Source: Felis catus
Lineage: Eukaryota
DNA: 64,000 nucleotides
Direction of reading: 5' to 3'
Assembly (NCBI RefSeq): GCF_018350175.1
Contig: NC_058383.1
Span: forward strand, 2,232,001 to 2,296,000
The position numbers were made by a program, and so were the translations under genes. Under the pieces are notes generated by a model. That model made no database searches. It was given only the letters and a program-made list of their open reading frames with translations, and was not told the DNA's origin. Within the stretch, counting starts at the first letter, position 1. Each line of letters begins with the position of its first letter. Shown here piece after piece: positions 24,844 through 38,173 of this stretch.

Positions 24844-27800
24844 GGACAGGTTTCTTTGAGATATAATTTACGTACCATGGAATTGACTCAAAGTGTGTAA
24901 TTGATTGGTTTTTAGTGAAATCAGGCACGGGGCGGTGCACTCATTGCCATGGTGTAATTCTGCAGCATTGTTGTCTCCTTAAGAGAAACTTGGTGCCCGG
25001 TAGCAGTTCACTTGCCCCCGCCGTCCCTCTCAGTTCACCCGTCCCCCCCCCCCCCCCCCCCCCCCCCCGGCCTGTGCTCTGTGGTCCTTGTTGCTCCACA
25101 CCATCAGAGAACTGGCTCCACGCTGGCTCCTTAGTCATGTCTACGTTGTTCAAGCCTGCTGTCTTCCTGCTAATCGGTATGCTTGATTGTTTCCGGAGAG
25201 AGGTGAAGACCCCACCCTGAGGTGGTGGATTCAACCATTTGTCTTTGACGTCCTGTTTTTTCCTTTGCACACTGTGAAGTTAGCCTCGGTACGCGCAGGC
25301 TTAGACTGTTCCTTCTTTGACCAATGACTTTTTCCCTGAAGCACCGATAATGCTTTTTGTTTCAAAGTCAGGTTTGTCAGATGTTCTCTTGCCGCGGCAA
25401 CTCTTCGAAAGCAGGAACTGGCCCGAGCACCTGCGACGCCGTAAGCCCATCCTTTCTGTGCCGCTTCCTCGCTTCTCCTAAGCACCATGCTGCCGGCCTG
25501 GTTCTTAACTGAAGATGAGCAGCTCTCTTAACAGTCTGCTTCGTTTGTTTAGCTTATTGTTACGTTGGGACTATCTTCTCTCGTATTTTTAATTAATTAC
25601 GAGGCCTTGTCTTTGTTTCTTTTTTCCTCCTTTTTTACTCTCCATTGGATTGATAAAGCTTTTGTTTTTAAGTTTTTCTTTTTTTGGTTTGGAAGTTATG
25701 CATTCCACTTTTGTTCGTTTGCAGTTACCTCCCCCACAAACTGGATGTAAAAAGTCAAAAGTTAACTAGAATCTCCATCTTCTGTTCCAACAACACAAGG
25801 ATTTCAGGGCACTTTAACGCCAGCCAAGCACAAGCCTCTGCTTTATTTTTGTCTGGTATTCTGATTCCACTTTGTTTTAACCCCTGTCAAAAGTTATTTA
25901 TTTAAAATTTTTACAGTTGGTGCTTTTTTTTTTGATATTCTAAAGCATATGCATTTTATTTATTTTTTTAAATTTAAATCCGAGTTAGTTAACATATAGC
26001 GTAATAATAATTTCAGGAATAGAATTTAGTGATTCATCAGTTACGTACAACACCCAAGTGCTTGTCCCAGCAAGGGTCCTCCATAATGTCCTTCTCCCAT
26101 TTAGCCCATCACCCACCCAGCTCCCCTCCAGCAACCCTCAGTTCTCTATATTTAAGAACTTCTTATAGTTTGTTTCCCTCTTTGTTTTTATGTTATTTTT
26201 ACTTCCCTTCCCTAACGTTCGTCTGGTTTGTATCTTAAATTCCACATGTGTAGGACCATATGGTATTTATCTTTCTCTGACTTAATTTGCTTAGCATAAT
26301 ACACTCTAGTTCTATCCACGTTGTTGCAAATGGCAAGATTTCATTCTTTTTGATCGCTGCCGAGTAATATTCCACTGTATGTATAAACCACATCTTCTCT
26401 ATCCATTCATCAGTCGACGCACATTTGGGCTTTTTCCATACGGTTCTTGTCAATAGCACTGCTATAAACATGGGTACCTTTGCCCCTTTGAATCAGCACT
26501 CCTGTATCCTTTGGATAAATACCTAGTAATGCAATTGCTGGGTCATAGCGTAGTTGTTTTTAATTTTTTGAGGAACCTCCACACTGTTTTCCAGAGTGGC
26601 TGCACCAGTTTGCATTCCCACCAACAGTGCAAGAGGGTTCCCATTTTCCACATCATCGTCAGCATCTGTTGTTTCCTGAGTTGTTAATTTTAGCCATTCT
26701 GACAGGTGTGAGGTGGTATCTCATTGTGGTTTTGATTTGTATTTCCCTGATGATGAGTGATGTTGAGCATTTTTTTCATGTGTTGGTTGGCCATCTAGAT
26801 GTCTTCTTTGGAGAAGTGTCTATTCATGTCTTTTGCCCATTTCTTCACCGGATTATTTGTTTTTTGGGTGTTGAGTTTGATAAGTTCTTTTTCGATTTTG
26901 GATAATAACCCTTTATCTGATACGTCATTTGTAAATATCTTCTCCCATTCTGTCGGTTCCTGCCTTTTAGTTTTGCAGATTGTTTCCTTTACTGTGCAGA
27001 AGTTCTTTATCTTGATGAGGTCCCAGTAGTTCATTTTGTTTTTGTTTCCCTTGCTTCCGGAGACGTGTTGAGTAAGAAGTTGCTGTGGCTGAGGTCAGAG
27101 AGGTTGTTGCCTGTGTTCTCCTCGAGGATTCTGATGGCTTTCTGTCTTCTGTTCAGGTCTTCTACCCATTTTGAGTTTGTGTCTCGTGCGGTCCACGTTC
27201 TTTCTTCTGTATGTCGCTGTCCAGTTTTCCCAGCACCATTTGCTGAAGAGACTTTTTTCCACTGGATACTCTTTCCTGCTTTGTCAAAGATAAGTTAGCC
27301 ATATGTTTGTGGGTCCATTTCTGGGTTCTCTATTCTGTTCCATTTATCTATGTGTCTGTTTTTGTGCCAGTACCATACTGTCGTGATGCTTACAGCTTTG
27401 TAACACAGATTGAAGTCCGGAATCGTGATGCCTCCAGCTTTGGTTTTCTTTTTCAGGATTGCTTTGGCTATTTGGGGTCTTTTCTGGTTCCATACAAATT
27501 TTAGAATTGTTTGTTCTAGCTTTGAGAAGAATGCTAGTGTTATTTAGATAGGGATTGCATTGAATATGTAGATTGCTTTGGGTAGTATTGACATTTTAAC
27601 AATATTGTTCTAATCCATGAGTATGGGATGTTTTTCCATTGTTTTGTATCTTCCTCAGTTTCTTTCATAGGCTTTCTGTAGTTTTCAGTGTATAGATTTT
27701 TCATCTCTTTGGTTAGGTTATTCCTAGGTATTTTATGGGTTTTGGTGCAATTGTAAATGGGATCGATTGCTTGATTTCTTTCTGCTCCTTCATTATTGGT

Positions 27801-29329
27801 GTATAGAAATACCACCGATTTCTGTGCATTCGTTTTATATTCTGCAACTTTGCTGAATTCATGGATCAGTTCTAGCCGTTTTTAGGTGGAAACTTTTGGG
27901 CTTTCCATATAGGGTATCATGTTGTCTGCAAAGAGTGAAAGTCTGACTTCCTCCTGGCCGATCTGGATGCCTTTTATTTCTTTGTGTTGTCTGATTGCTG
28001 AGGCTAGGACTTCCAACACTGTGTTGAATAACTGTGGTGAGAGTGGACATCCTTGTCGTGTTCCTGACCTTAGTGGGAAGGCTCTCCATTTTTCCCCATT
28101 GAGGATGATGTTAGTGGTGGGTCTTTCGTATATGACCTTTATGATCTGGAGGTATGATTCTTCTATCCCTATTTTCTTGAGGGTTTTTATAAAAAAGGAT
28201 GCTGTAATTTGTCAGAAGCTTTTTCTGCATCTGTTAAGAGGATCATGTGGTTCTTATCCTTTCTTTTATTAATGTGATGTGTCACATTGATTGGTTTGCA
28301 GATATTGAACCAGCCCTGCATTCCAGGAATAAATCCTACTTGATCGTGATGAATAATTCTTTTAATGTATTGTTGGATCCGGTTTGCTAGTATCTTGTTG
28401 AGAATTTTTGCATGTATATTCATCAGGGAAATTGGTCTGTAGTTCTCCTTTTTAGTAGGGTCTTTGGTTTTGGGATCAAGGTAATGCTGGCTTCATAGAA
28501 TGAGTTTGGAAGTTTCCCTTCCATTTCTATTTCTGGAACAGCTTCAAGAGAATCGGCGTTAGCTCTTCTTTAAGCGTTTGGTAGAATTCCCCTGGGAAGC
28601 CATCTCTTGTCTGTTGGGGGATTTTTGATTATTGATTCAATGTCTTTACTGGTTATGGGTCTGTTCAAATTTTCTATTTCTTCCTGTTTCTAGGTAGTGT
28701 ATATGTTTCTAGGAATTTGTCCAATTTGTCCAGATTGCCCAATTTGTTGGCGTATAATTGTTCATAGTATTCTCTTATTACTGTTTTTATTTCTGCTGTG
28801 TTGGTTGTGATCTCTCCTCTTTCATTCATGATTTTATTTATTTGGGTCCTTTCCTTTTTCTTTTTGATCAATCTGGCTAGGGGTTTTTATCAATTTTGTT
28901 AATTCTTTCAAAGAGCCAGCTCCTGGTTTCATCAGTCCGTTCTGTTTTTGTTTTGTTTTGTTTTTTATTTCTGTATCATTGATTTCTGTTCTAATTATTT
29001 CCCTTCTTCTGCTGGTTTGGGGCTTTGTTTGCACCTCTTTTTCTAGCTCTTTTACATGTAAGGTCATGTTGTGTCTTTGAGACCTTTCTTCCTTCTTTAG
29101 GAAGGCCTGGATTGCTATATACTAATACTACCCTCTTATGACCGCGTTTGCCGCATCCCAAAGGTTTTGGGCTGTCGTGTTTTCATTTTCATTGGCTTCC
29201 ATGTAATTTTTAATTTCCTCTTTAATTTCTTGGTTAACCCATTCATTCGTTAGTAGGATGTTCTTTAGTCTCCAAGTATTCATGGTCTTTCCAAATTTTT
29301 TCTTTTTTTTTTTTTTTAACTTTTTTTTT

Positions 29330-29552
29330 TTTTTTAATTTTTTTTTTCAACGTTTATTTATTATTGGGACAGAGAGAGAGACAGAGCATGAACGGGGGAG
29401 GGGCAGAGAGAGAGGGAGACACAGAATCGGAAACAGGCTCCAGGCTCTGAGCCATCAGCCCAGAGCCCGACGCGGGGCTCGAACTCCCGGACCGCGAGAT
29501 CGTGACCTGGCTGAAGTCGGACGCTTAACCGACTGCGCCACCCAGGCGCCCC
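29330..29552 (-). mobile_element. Young Can-SINE inserted in the A-tail of the adjacent SINE
   Basis: Nearly identical to the 16150-16369 copy; flanked by aactttttttt repeats. Confidence 0.92.
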
Positions 29553-29554
29553 TA

Positions 29555-29757
29555 AACTTTTTTTTTTAATGTTTAGTTATTTTTGAGAGAGAGAGAGAGC
29601 AGGGGAGGGGCAGAGAGAGAGGGAGACAGAATCCCAGGCAGGCTCCATGCTGTCAGCACAGAGCCTGACGTGGAGCTTGAACCCATGAACCATGAGATCA
29701 TGACCTGAGCCGAAACCAAGAGTTGGATGCTTAACCAACTGGCCACCCAGGCGCCCC
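29555..29757 (-). mobile_element. Can-SINE inserted within the L1
   Basis: 17-bp TSD tttccaaattttttctt at 29288-29304 and 29758-29774 brackets both SINEs. Confidence 0.93.
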
Positions 29758-30896
29758 TTTCCAAATTTTTTCTTGTGGTTGATTTCGAGTTTTATAGCGC
29801 TGTGGTCTGAAAATAGGCAAGGTATGATCTCGATCTTTTTTTACTTAAGGGCTGATTTGTGTCCCAGTATGTGATCTATTCTGGAGAACGTTCCATGTGC
29901 ACTGGAGAAGAATGTATATTCTGCTGCTTTAGGATGAAATGTTCTGAATATATCTGTTAAGTCCATCTGGTCCAGTATGTCATTCAAAGCCATTGTTCCC
30001 TTGTTGATTTTCTGTTTAGATGATCTGTTCTTTGCGGGAAGTGGGGTGTTGAAGTCCCCTACTGTTATGGTACTATTATCAACGAGTTTCTTTATGTTTG
30101 TGATTAATTGATTTACATATTTGGGTGCTTCATGTTGTAAATATTTACAGTTGTTAGATCTTCTTGGTAGATAGACTCCTTCATTACAATATGATGCCCT
30201 TCATTTCTTGTTGCGTGTTTATTGTGAAATCTTGCTTGTCTGATATGAGTATGGCTACTCCAGCTTTCTTTTGACCATTACCATGATAGATGGTTCTCCA
30301 TCCCCTTTAAATCGGTGCTTTTTAGATTTGCCCATGTGTTTACTGGTTTCTTTGATTCGTGCTTCTCTAATCTTCACGCTGTTCTGTTCTCTTTTGTTCT
30401 TACTGAACCACATTCTCTGGTAGTTATTTCAGCAAGGGCCTCCCAACCGGAAACTGCCCGTCTTTGCCCCACAGTTCCCTTTCCCCGTCTCGGCGCTTCT
30501 GAACAGCAGCGTGGCCGAGTAGACATCTCAGATGTCTTCGTTGTCCTTCCTTGCATTGAGTGCTCTTGGTTTAAGAAGAAAGTATCCATTTGAGAGGTAG
30601 AGACAGTCTTCTGCTTTAACTTGCATTCCTTTTTGTAATCAGCAAGATAGATCGCCTTCGGGTTTGCTGGTCCTCGCCCTCCCCTGTGTCGGAGGTGACA
30701 GCTGTCTAGTCTGTGCCCTCTCGCCGCATTGAAGCGCCGACTCCTTTGTTGCGGTCATTGCGAATACTTTCGCCCAGAGTGATTACTAAATCCGGCCACG
30801 GGAGAGGAGGTCTGGGGGTCGCCCGAAGAACCGGCCTCGAGGGAGAGTTGATCACTGGGCCTCAGTGACACTCCTCCCGGCCGGGCCCTCCTGCAG

Positions 30897-31051
30897 GGTC
30901 CAGCCTGCTGTTGTTACAGGAGAACCCCTGCCTGCTGGGGCTGCTCTGCCACGTGCTGAAGCCCCAGGACCTGAGTCCCAGAGTCCTCTCCTTCTCGCTC
31001 CGCCTCGCGGGCATGCTTGCAGCCCAGGAAGATTGCTTCCAGTACCTTCAG
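30897..31051 (+). CDS. BRAT1: BRAT1 coding exon ([17 protein letters not shown]...CFQYLQ)
   Basis: ctgcag|GG TCC ... CAG|gtgagc; 155 nt. Confidence 0.96.
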
Positions 31052-33359
31052 GTGAGCCTGGGCCCTCCCACCGAGAGGCCCACCGGGAAGTACACGGCTT
31101 TCTTCTGCAGGCGCACAGAGCAGCGGCGGCTGTCGTGACCCTTGGGTCTCTGAGACGTGGCTTGCCCCGTGTTTTGACGGGCACCACGGGATTTTTTTCC
31201 TGAGCGTAATCCTTCTTTGAAGAACTGACCGGGAATGACGGGGTGAAGGGGTAGAGATTTTGAAGTAACACAGAGCTGGGGTTGACTCAGCTCTGACACC
31301 TGCCCTCCGAGCCTCAGTGTCTTCCTGTGATGGAAGGAGAGCTGTGCGTGTCACGTAGACCGTCACGAGGCTTAACCGAGAGCATCTGTCCAGCACTTAG
31401 TCCTGTGGGACGGATGAATGAGGGCCTAGTGAGGATTTCTACTGAGTAATAAGGCAGGGGGCTTGGAGAGCCGGCCCCCCCCCCCCCCGCCCCAGCTGTG
31501 CGTCCAACACCTCTTCACAGTCCCGGGTGGGCACAGTAGGGTTTGTGAGGCGACGCCTGCCATACGCCTCTCTGGCCCTGTGACGGCACCCCTGGCTCCT
31601 CGGAGCCTCACGGCTCACCTGAAGGCTCACCAGCTTCCTCTGGCGCAGTGTGTGAAGGGCCCCGGGGAGGCCATGCCGGGATGGAGTCTCTCGAAGAGGG
31701 GACAGTAGCGGGGAGGGATGTGTCCTCTCAGTAACTCTGGGTGCCGTTCTCGGACGCTGCTCGCTTGGGCGATGCGGTCTCCCGAGAGGCACAGCCCGGC
31801 ACCGACCGGCCCGCCGTGGGACCCACCACAGTGTTCCGGGGCACGCCTTTGCTGTTCTCGTGGGATCGTACGGTAACCCTCACGTGCCTGCAGAGCTTGC
31901 AGCTTAGACAGCTCTTCAGGGTTTGCAAGGTCACTTTCATTTCATCCTAGGAGCTCTGGCCAGTCGGCACATCAGCACTCTTTATCTCTATTTCCTAGAC
32001 AAGGGAATGCCGGGGGGCTTAGTGCGAGAACCCCACAGAAGCGGCAGAACTCACACCAGACCCTAGAGAGTCTGCTGCTGGCTGTAAGCAGGGACGAGGG
32101 GCCCAGGCCGGGTGCGGGCTCTCAGTCGGCAGCGAAAGGCTGCCCTCCTGTCTGCTGGGCCCGCAGCACTAGGCTGGCCTCCTGTCCCTTTGTCAGCTGC
32201 CCCTTCACAGCCCCACGGGCTCCTGGTCAGCCAGCTGCTCAGCGGGGGCCAGCGTCTAGGTGGGGAACCTACAGACTGACGATGCAGGGAAGGGGGTGGC
32301 AGAGTCTTTGTGCCGCCCGTTGGCTACGATCTGCCCTGGGGAGGGGCTGTACCTGTAGGAGGGTCTCCCTTGGATGACCGCAGATCCGCTGTCAGTGGTG
32401 CCCCTCTGGGGCCCGCGGCCATCATAGAATTAGACTCTTAGCCTTAGGGGATTGGAATCTGTCTCTGAGTCTTGTCCCTTATCCTGGAGTCTGAGGTGAT
32501 TGGACGGTTCCTGTACCTTGAGGGTCGGCCATCGTTGAGCAGGACGCCCTGTGGCCCAGGCAGGACGCAGGCTTTGACCACATTTCTTCTGCGGGGGTAG
32601 GAGAGGCTCAGAGTGAATAACTGCTCCAGCGAGCACCTCTGTTCGTAAGACGCAGCATCAGGCTTCCCTCGTGTCGTGTGGAAACCCAGGAGTGAACGAG
32701 GATGTGATGCCCGTGGTAGGAAGTGTAGGACGGTGTGTGATTGTACCGTACGTGTCCCTAAGCCAGTGGAGCTTGAGTGGGGAGTTAGCCACTGCCGGCT
32801 TGCGGGGGTGGGTGTCAGCTTTGTGGGGGCAGTGGGCTCGCAGCTGGGTTGTAAAGGTTTGAACAGGTGCAGGGAGCGGGGCCTGACGCAGGTGTGCGGG
32901 GCATCGGGGTGGGGGGACACCTGGAGGAGGGTGGCCGCCTTGGTGGACCCACATGCTAAGCTCAGGAGTTCGGTGGTCTGTGGAGACCGTTGAGACTCCG
33001 TGAGCACAATGTCACGGTCACAGGTGGACGTTTGGAGATGGAGCTCGAGGTTCTGTTTTCAGGGCGAGGATTTCTGAAGTAAACCGACAGGAGTGACGGA
33101 CCTTTGTTTACAACCCCGTTCTGCCCCAAAAGCTGTGTCCTGCAAGGCAGACCTGGCATTGCTGGGGCTGGTGTGGCTGTGCCGGTGGCCACTGCCACTT
33201 CCCGGAGGCACGGCTGCTTGGGGGCTTTTCGTGTGGCAGTGATTGAGAGAGCTCCCCGAGGAAGTGCCTCGACCAGCCCTGAATGGTAGAAAAGCCACCT
33301 CTGAAGTGCCCGTCTCCCGGGAACCTGCCCAGGTCACCGCTTCCTTCTCCGCTTCCCAG

Positions 33360-33507
33360 CAGGGGGAGTTGCTGCCCAGGCTCTTTGGGGAGGCAGGACC
33401 CCTCGGAGGCGCCGCCTGGACTGCCCCCAGCGTGCGCAGCGGCTGGATCCAGGGCCTGCGCTCCCTGGCGCGTCACCCCAGTGCCCTGTGCTTCCTGGCC
33501 GACTGCG
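33360..33507 (+). CDS. BRAT1: BRAT1 coding exon ([17 protein letters not shown]...CFLADC)
   Basis: tcccag|CAG GGG ... TGC G|gtgagt; 148 nt; NAGNAG acceptor. Confidence 0.96.
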
Positions 33508-33974
33508 GTGAGTGCCCTGCCTGGTCTGCTTCTGCCTGTGGCCTGGCCGCGCCTGTGCGGCCCCAGGGAGATCATTGCAACGTGCTGGGCCTCGTCTCCT
33601 CTTCTGTGAAAGCGGCTGTGCTATCGCGGGGCTGTTGGGAGGAGCATGTGGGGTAGCCGGGTGGGGGGTGGGGGGTGGAAGGGGCAGTTAGAGGCCCTTC
33701 GAGGTCACTGCAGTGTGCTTCAGCTCGGAGGTCAGACCCGGCAGGTCGGGTGGTTTTGAAACTCATTAGAATCAAAAACTTCTTTCCAAGGGTCTGGAAA
33801 TCTCCATTCCTGTTCCTCTGCCTCTGAGCAGAGGGGAGGCGGGGCCCTCGCCGTGCCTCCTGGGGCTTGCGGCGTTCATGCTGTTTCCCTGAGGCTCTGA
33901 AGTTAAAGCCGCTTTGGATTCTGTTCCAGCTGAACCCCATTTTCTTCTCTCCCTGCCCCTGTCCCCAACCCCAG

Positions 33975-34347
33975 GTGCCGTTGACACCATCTTCTCCCTG
34001 CAGGGAGATTCCAGCCTGTTTGTGGCCTCGGCAGCTGGGCAGCTCCTGGTGCACATCCTGGGCTTGTCTCTGCAAGGTCCAGCTGAGGGACACCCTGGCC
34101 TGCAGACTGGTGATTGGCCAGTGTGTGCCCAGAAGATAGTGAGTCACATCGAGGAGTCCCTGCGCTCCGCAGCCACCCCGCAGATCACACAGGCTCTAAA
34201 CGTGCTGACCACCACTTTCGGGCACTGCCACGACCCTTGGACGCAAGTCCTGTGGGGGCGGCTGAGTCCCCTTGTGGCCTGTCTGCTCGAGAAAGACCCC
34301 GTCCCCGCTGCACACTCGCTCGTGGATCTCCTCCTCAGCGTGGCCCG
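33975..34347 (+). CDS. BRAT1: BRAT1 coding exon ([19 protein letters not shown]...DLLLSVAR)
   Basis: ccccag|GT GCC ... GCC CG|gtcagt; 373 nt. Confidence 0.96.
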
Positions 34348-34609
34348 GTCAGTCCCCTGGGGTGCAGCTGGGGGTGGGCAGGACTTAGGGGCGCTCGTTT
34401 CCTTGGGAAGCCTTAGAGTGGCTGTTACACCTGGGGCCACCGCCGGCGGCAGAGGGAATGCCAGAGGGGGTCTGAAAGCCCGCACGCCTAGAAAGGCTCC
34501 GTCTCAGCTGGGCGTGTGTGGCCCCGGGGCTGTGGCAGTCCCACTGGACACTGCACGGGCTTTGGGGGACAGGACAGAGAAGTAACTTTCTTTCTGGGGT
34601 TCTCTGCAG

Positions 34610-34729
34610 TTCTCCGGTGCTGAGTTCGTCCAGCTCTGGCCTGTGGGAGACTTTGGCACAGACTCTGAGCCATCTGAGCCCCACCCAAGCAGGGCCGTTG
34701 GCTTTGGGGATCCTGAAACTGCAGGAGTG
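34610..34729 (+). CDS. BRAT1: BRAT1 coding exon ([17 protein letters not shown]...ILKLQE)
   Basis: ctgcag|T TCT ... GAG TG|gtaagg; 120 nt. Confidence 0.95.
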
Positions 34730-35786
34730 GTAAGGATTGGGGTTTATTTTGCACAAGGACAGGCAGAGAGAGGTTTCAGCCCCTGCCTGGGGGCCGGGGG
34801 GCTTTCAGGGAGCTCCTGAAACTAGAGAAGAGTCAGAGGTGGCCGTCGGCAGTGTGGCCTGGTGGGATTTCAGTTACTACGGAGGCATTGCCGTATGCTG
34901 TGGCTTCCTGCACGCTGCAGCGACAGAATAACTACTTCAGACACGAGCTTTAGAGGCTCCCCGGAGACAGAGCAGACTCTCTGAGCTGCTCTGCTCAGAG
35001 CAGGGCTAGGTTCGTACCCAGGGTCCGCTCTCTCCACCGCCCCCTGCTTCCCTCCCCTCCCCAGCGGCCTTAGCTTGTAGATCCTGGGCCGCCATGGTGT
35101 GCACGTCACTGGGGCCCTGGGACAGTAGGGGGGACCCAGTAGGCAGGAGCGGCTGGCCAGCTTCCTGCAGGTAAGGGAAGGATGCCTGAGTCCAGAGATG
35201 GGAAGAACGAGGAGGTCATTGTAGGGTTGTGGGCAGATGAGAGGTGGTCGTGTTGGCCCAGGTTGGGGGTGAAAGTCACCACAGGACCCACTCGCCAGAG
35301 GGGCTGTGTGTCTGACGTGGACCTGGCTCTCAACTCCAGGCTCTCCGGGTGTTCATGAGGAGGTAGTGGCTGAAAGGGGAGGACCGGGCCGCCCCTGGGG
35401 CAGAATTGTGTGCTGGCTGAGTCCCCCACCCCACCCTGAGCCCGAGGACTTGGGAGACAGAGCAGCAGGGACTCTCCCGGGAGGTGGGGCCTCCCGTCCC
35501 TTGGTCCTGAGCGGGCACTGTCCCCTGGAGCACGTGTGATGAGGCCTTCCTTCCTAGGGCTGTTCCTGGGGCCTGGGGAGGTGCTTCTGCGGGGTCCCAC
35601 ATTGATGGCCTGCATGCCGGTGGCCTGAGTGCCGGTCACAGTGTTGAAAAGAAGCTGTTTCTCAAGGGAGCGTCCAGAGTCCCGGCACTGGCCTCTTTGC
35701 CCCAGACTTGCTGGGGATGTTAGAGGGGTAGTAGCCACCTCACCCCAGGGTCGGGAAGCGGCACTCACCGTGTCCTCTGTGCTCAG

Positions 35787-35878
35787 TCCACAGGTGTTGA
35801 GGGCCCAGGCCTTTGCTGTCCTCCTCCAGCCCCTGACCTGTGTCCTTGAAGCCACCGCTCAGGCCCCCGGACTCCTAG
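35787..35878 (+). CDS. BRAT1: BRAT1 coding exon (CPQVLRAQAFAVLLQPLTCVLEATAQAPGLL)
   Basis: gctcag|T CCA ... CTA G|gtatgc; 92 nt. Confidence 0.94.
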
Positions 35879-36569
35879 GTATGCTGCTTCCTGAGGGTGG
35901 GCGGGTGCAGGAGGGCAGCCCCCGAGGGTCCTGGGCACGTCCTTGGTGTGGGGGCAGGCGGCTCGCTGCCCCCACTGACTGTGCAAGTGGTGGAGGGGAG
36001 CCTGTTGTCACACGCGTGGCTGCTGCTCCTCTCGTGTCCCTACCCTGGAATTAGCGGGGCAGCCTCGCCCCCCGCGGGCGTCATCTCCCGTGGCCCCAGA
36101 ACAGCTGGGTGGTTACGCGGGCCTGCACCACATGCTGGTTCCCGACCCAGGACAGGCACACGCTGGCATCTAGACTGGGTGCATCTAGACTCTGTGACCG
36201 GGGCAGGGCGACCGCCCCTGCTGTACTTGTCTTGCTTCAGCCACACAGTGTGTTGAGGACTAGCGAAGGGGACCCAGGGGTGCCTGGTGGCCCCGTGCTG
36301 AGCGCAGAGACGAATGTCCTGAGCAGCGGGATCGGCCCAAGAACGGGCTGTGGGCAGAGCTGGGCTCTACTGCTCAGGCGCCCGGCAGACAGGCTCAGAG
36401 CCCACGTCTGGCCAGCCCGTGTCACCCTGGGCACGTCACCCGCTGGGAAGCTGTGGTCCTGGTCTTCAGCATGGGGTGACGGCCACAGGGCCCGTGGCCG
36501 GCAGCCAGGCCTGCAGTGGCCACACGGGAGGCGCCGCTGATGGAGAGCTGCTTCTGGCTTGGCTTCCAG

Positions 36570-36688
36570 ACTCATTGGACGGTACCGGGGGCGCTTCGGT
36601 GACGGTGGACACGCTCCTCCCCTCCAAGGCGGCCTGTGTGGGTCTCCTGTGCCGGACGCTGGCCCACCTGGAGCTGCTGCAGCCACTG
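36570..36688 (+). CDS. BRAT1: BRAT1 coding exon ([20 protein letters not shown]...ELLQPL)
   Basis: ttccag|AC TCA ... CTG|gtaagt; 119 nt. Confidence 0.95.
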
Positions 36689-36761
36689 GTAAGTATGGCC
36701 CCGGCCTGCGTCCGCGGCAGCAGCAGGACCTGGGCCTGCACTGACCTTCCCCCTCTCCCAG

Positions 36762-36948
36762 CCCCAGCGCCCCTCACCCTGGCCTCAGGCGCCCCTGCTT
36801 GGCGCCACGGTGACGATACTGCGGCTCTGCAGTGGTTCGGCGACCCCCACCTCTGACGCGGGGGGCCACCTCTGTGCGTTCCTGGTGGGCTGTGTGCGGG
36901 TCCAGCGAGCGGCCCTCGATTTCCTGGGGACGCTGTCTCAGGGCACAG
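36762..36948 (+). CDS. BRAT1: BRAT1 coding exon ([16 protein letters not shown]...FLGTLSQGT)
   Basis: tcccag|CCC ... ACA G|gtgagc; 187 nt; preceded by a 73-nt intron. Confidence 0.96.
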
Positions 36949-37154
36949 GTGAGCAAGAGTGTCCCCCCCGCCCCCCACCGGGCCCCGCTTGCCTGCCGCT
37001 GGCTGCACCTGGGGCTGCCGTCCTCTGTGTCTTCTCTAGGGCACGGTGGGTTCAGCTGGCCGGTGGGTTCTTTCCCCTGCTCTCCTTGGGTTGACACACT
37101 CTGCTGGGGAGGCCCCTGGAGGGGAAGGTCGGGTGCTTCATCTGTCTGTCTCAG

Positions 37155-37228
37155 GTCCCCGAGAGCTGGTGACACAGGTGTTCGCTGTCCTTCTGGAATA
37201 TCTCACAAGCCCAGACTCCAGCCCCACG
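37155..37228 (+). CDS. BRAT1: BRAT1 coding exon (GPRELVTQVFAVLLEYLTSPDSSPT)
   Basis: tctcag|GT CCC ... ACG|gtacag; 74 nt. Confidence 0.94.
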
Positions 37229-37872
37229 GTACAGGCACAGGGTGTGGCGGGGAGGGCTGGGAGGGGGAGGAGTGTGGGGAGGAGGGGGAAGCGCGTGGGG
37301 AGAACTTCTGCAGGCCGCTCAGGACAGGGCCTTCTGTGGGGCCAGAGTCGCTCCTTAAAGTGAGTTTGGAGGGGCGGGCAGCGGCACGGGGACTGTCTGG
37401 GGCTAGTGAGGACCATGGGCCATGGAAAGCCGAGAATTCTCTGTGACGGAAGGACTCTAGAGCCGGGCAGCCCTGCACTTGGGATCTAAACTCCCATCAG
37501 TGTTTGCCACCTGCCATCAAGCGGGCAGTTAGAGACTGGGACAAGAGGCCCGGTGGGTTCCTGGGGCTCTGAGGAGAGGAGGCCTTGGAGAGTTTCTGGG
37601 TCTTGGTGCGGAAATCCTGTCTCCCCGGTAGTGGGGCATCCTGCTGAGAGCTGCCACGTCCTGTCTCGTGACCCGGGATGCCCGTTCAGCTGCTGCCCGG
37701 TGCTTCTGCCTTGGAAAAATGAAACGCAGTGCTTCCTTCTTCCTGAGCCTGGGGTCCCACCTTGTGCCCCTGAGCAGGGGAAGGAGCACAGCGGGGGCAG
37801 ATGGGGGCAGGCAGGCAGGCCAGCTCGCCCCTCACCGGTCCTGGCCCTGCAGCCCTGCTTTGCCTGCTCCAG

Positions 37873-37975
37873 GTTCTGAAGAAGGCCTTCCAGGCCACGT
37901 TCCGGTGGCTCCAGAGTTCACCTGAGACCCCTGGCTGCAGTGATTTGGATCCCCACGCCCACCTGTTCCTAAGAG
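37873..37975 (+). CDS. BRAT1: BRAT1 coding exon ([34 protein letters not shown])
   Basis: ctccag|GTT ... AGA G|gtagcc; 103 nt. Confidence 0.95.
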
Positions 37976-38074
37976 GTAGCCTGGCCCTGCCCGGGGACGC
38001 GGTCGTGGGTGTGGGGCAGCCCGGGGCAAGGCGGGTCTGGCCTGGGCCGCCCTGAGCTGCCCCTCCCGCTGCAG

Positions 38075-38173
38075 AACTTCTCCCTGTGCTGCCTAAGCGC
38101 CTGTGCAGCCCCTGCTGGGAGGTGAGGGACTCTGGCCTCGAGTTCCTGACCCAGATGATCGGACGCTGGGGAG
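38075..38173 (+). CDS. BRAT1: BRAT1 coding exon ([33 protein letters not shown])
   Basis: ctgcag|AA CTT ... GGA G|gtgagt; 99 nt. Confidence 0.95.

Larger units (their letters stand above)
25929..30313 (-). mobile_element. 5'-truncated carnivore LINE-1 (~4.4 kb including inserted SINEs), disrupted ORF2 (EN-RT-C) plus 3'UTR, in BRAT1 intron 2
   Basis: ORF2 peptides in the track: [72 protein letters not shown]; many frameshifts; candidate TSD ggtgcttttt at 25919-25928 and 30314-30323. Confidence 0.95.

Noticed and set aside
25043..25068. C26 homopolymer (other long C/G runs at ~31474, ~48604 and ~60428)
   Set aside because: Simple homopolymers; lengths are unreliable in assemblies and there is no evidence of function
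25929..30313. Reverse transcriptase/endonuclease peptides suggesting an active element or novel RT system
   Set aside because: Ordinary 5'-truncated L1 with multiple frameshifts, stops and SINE insertions
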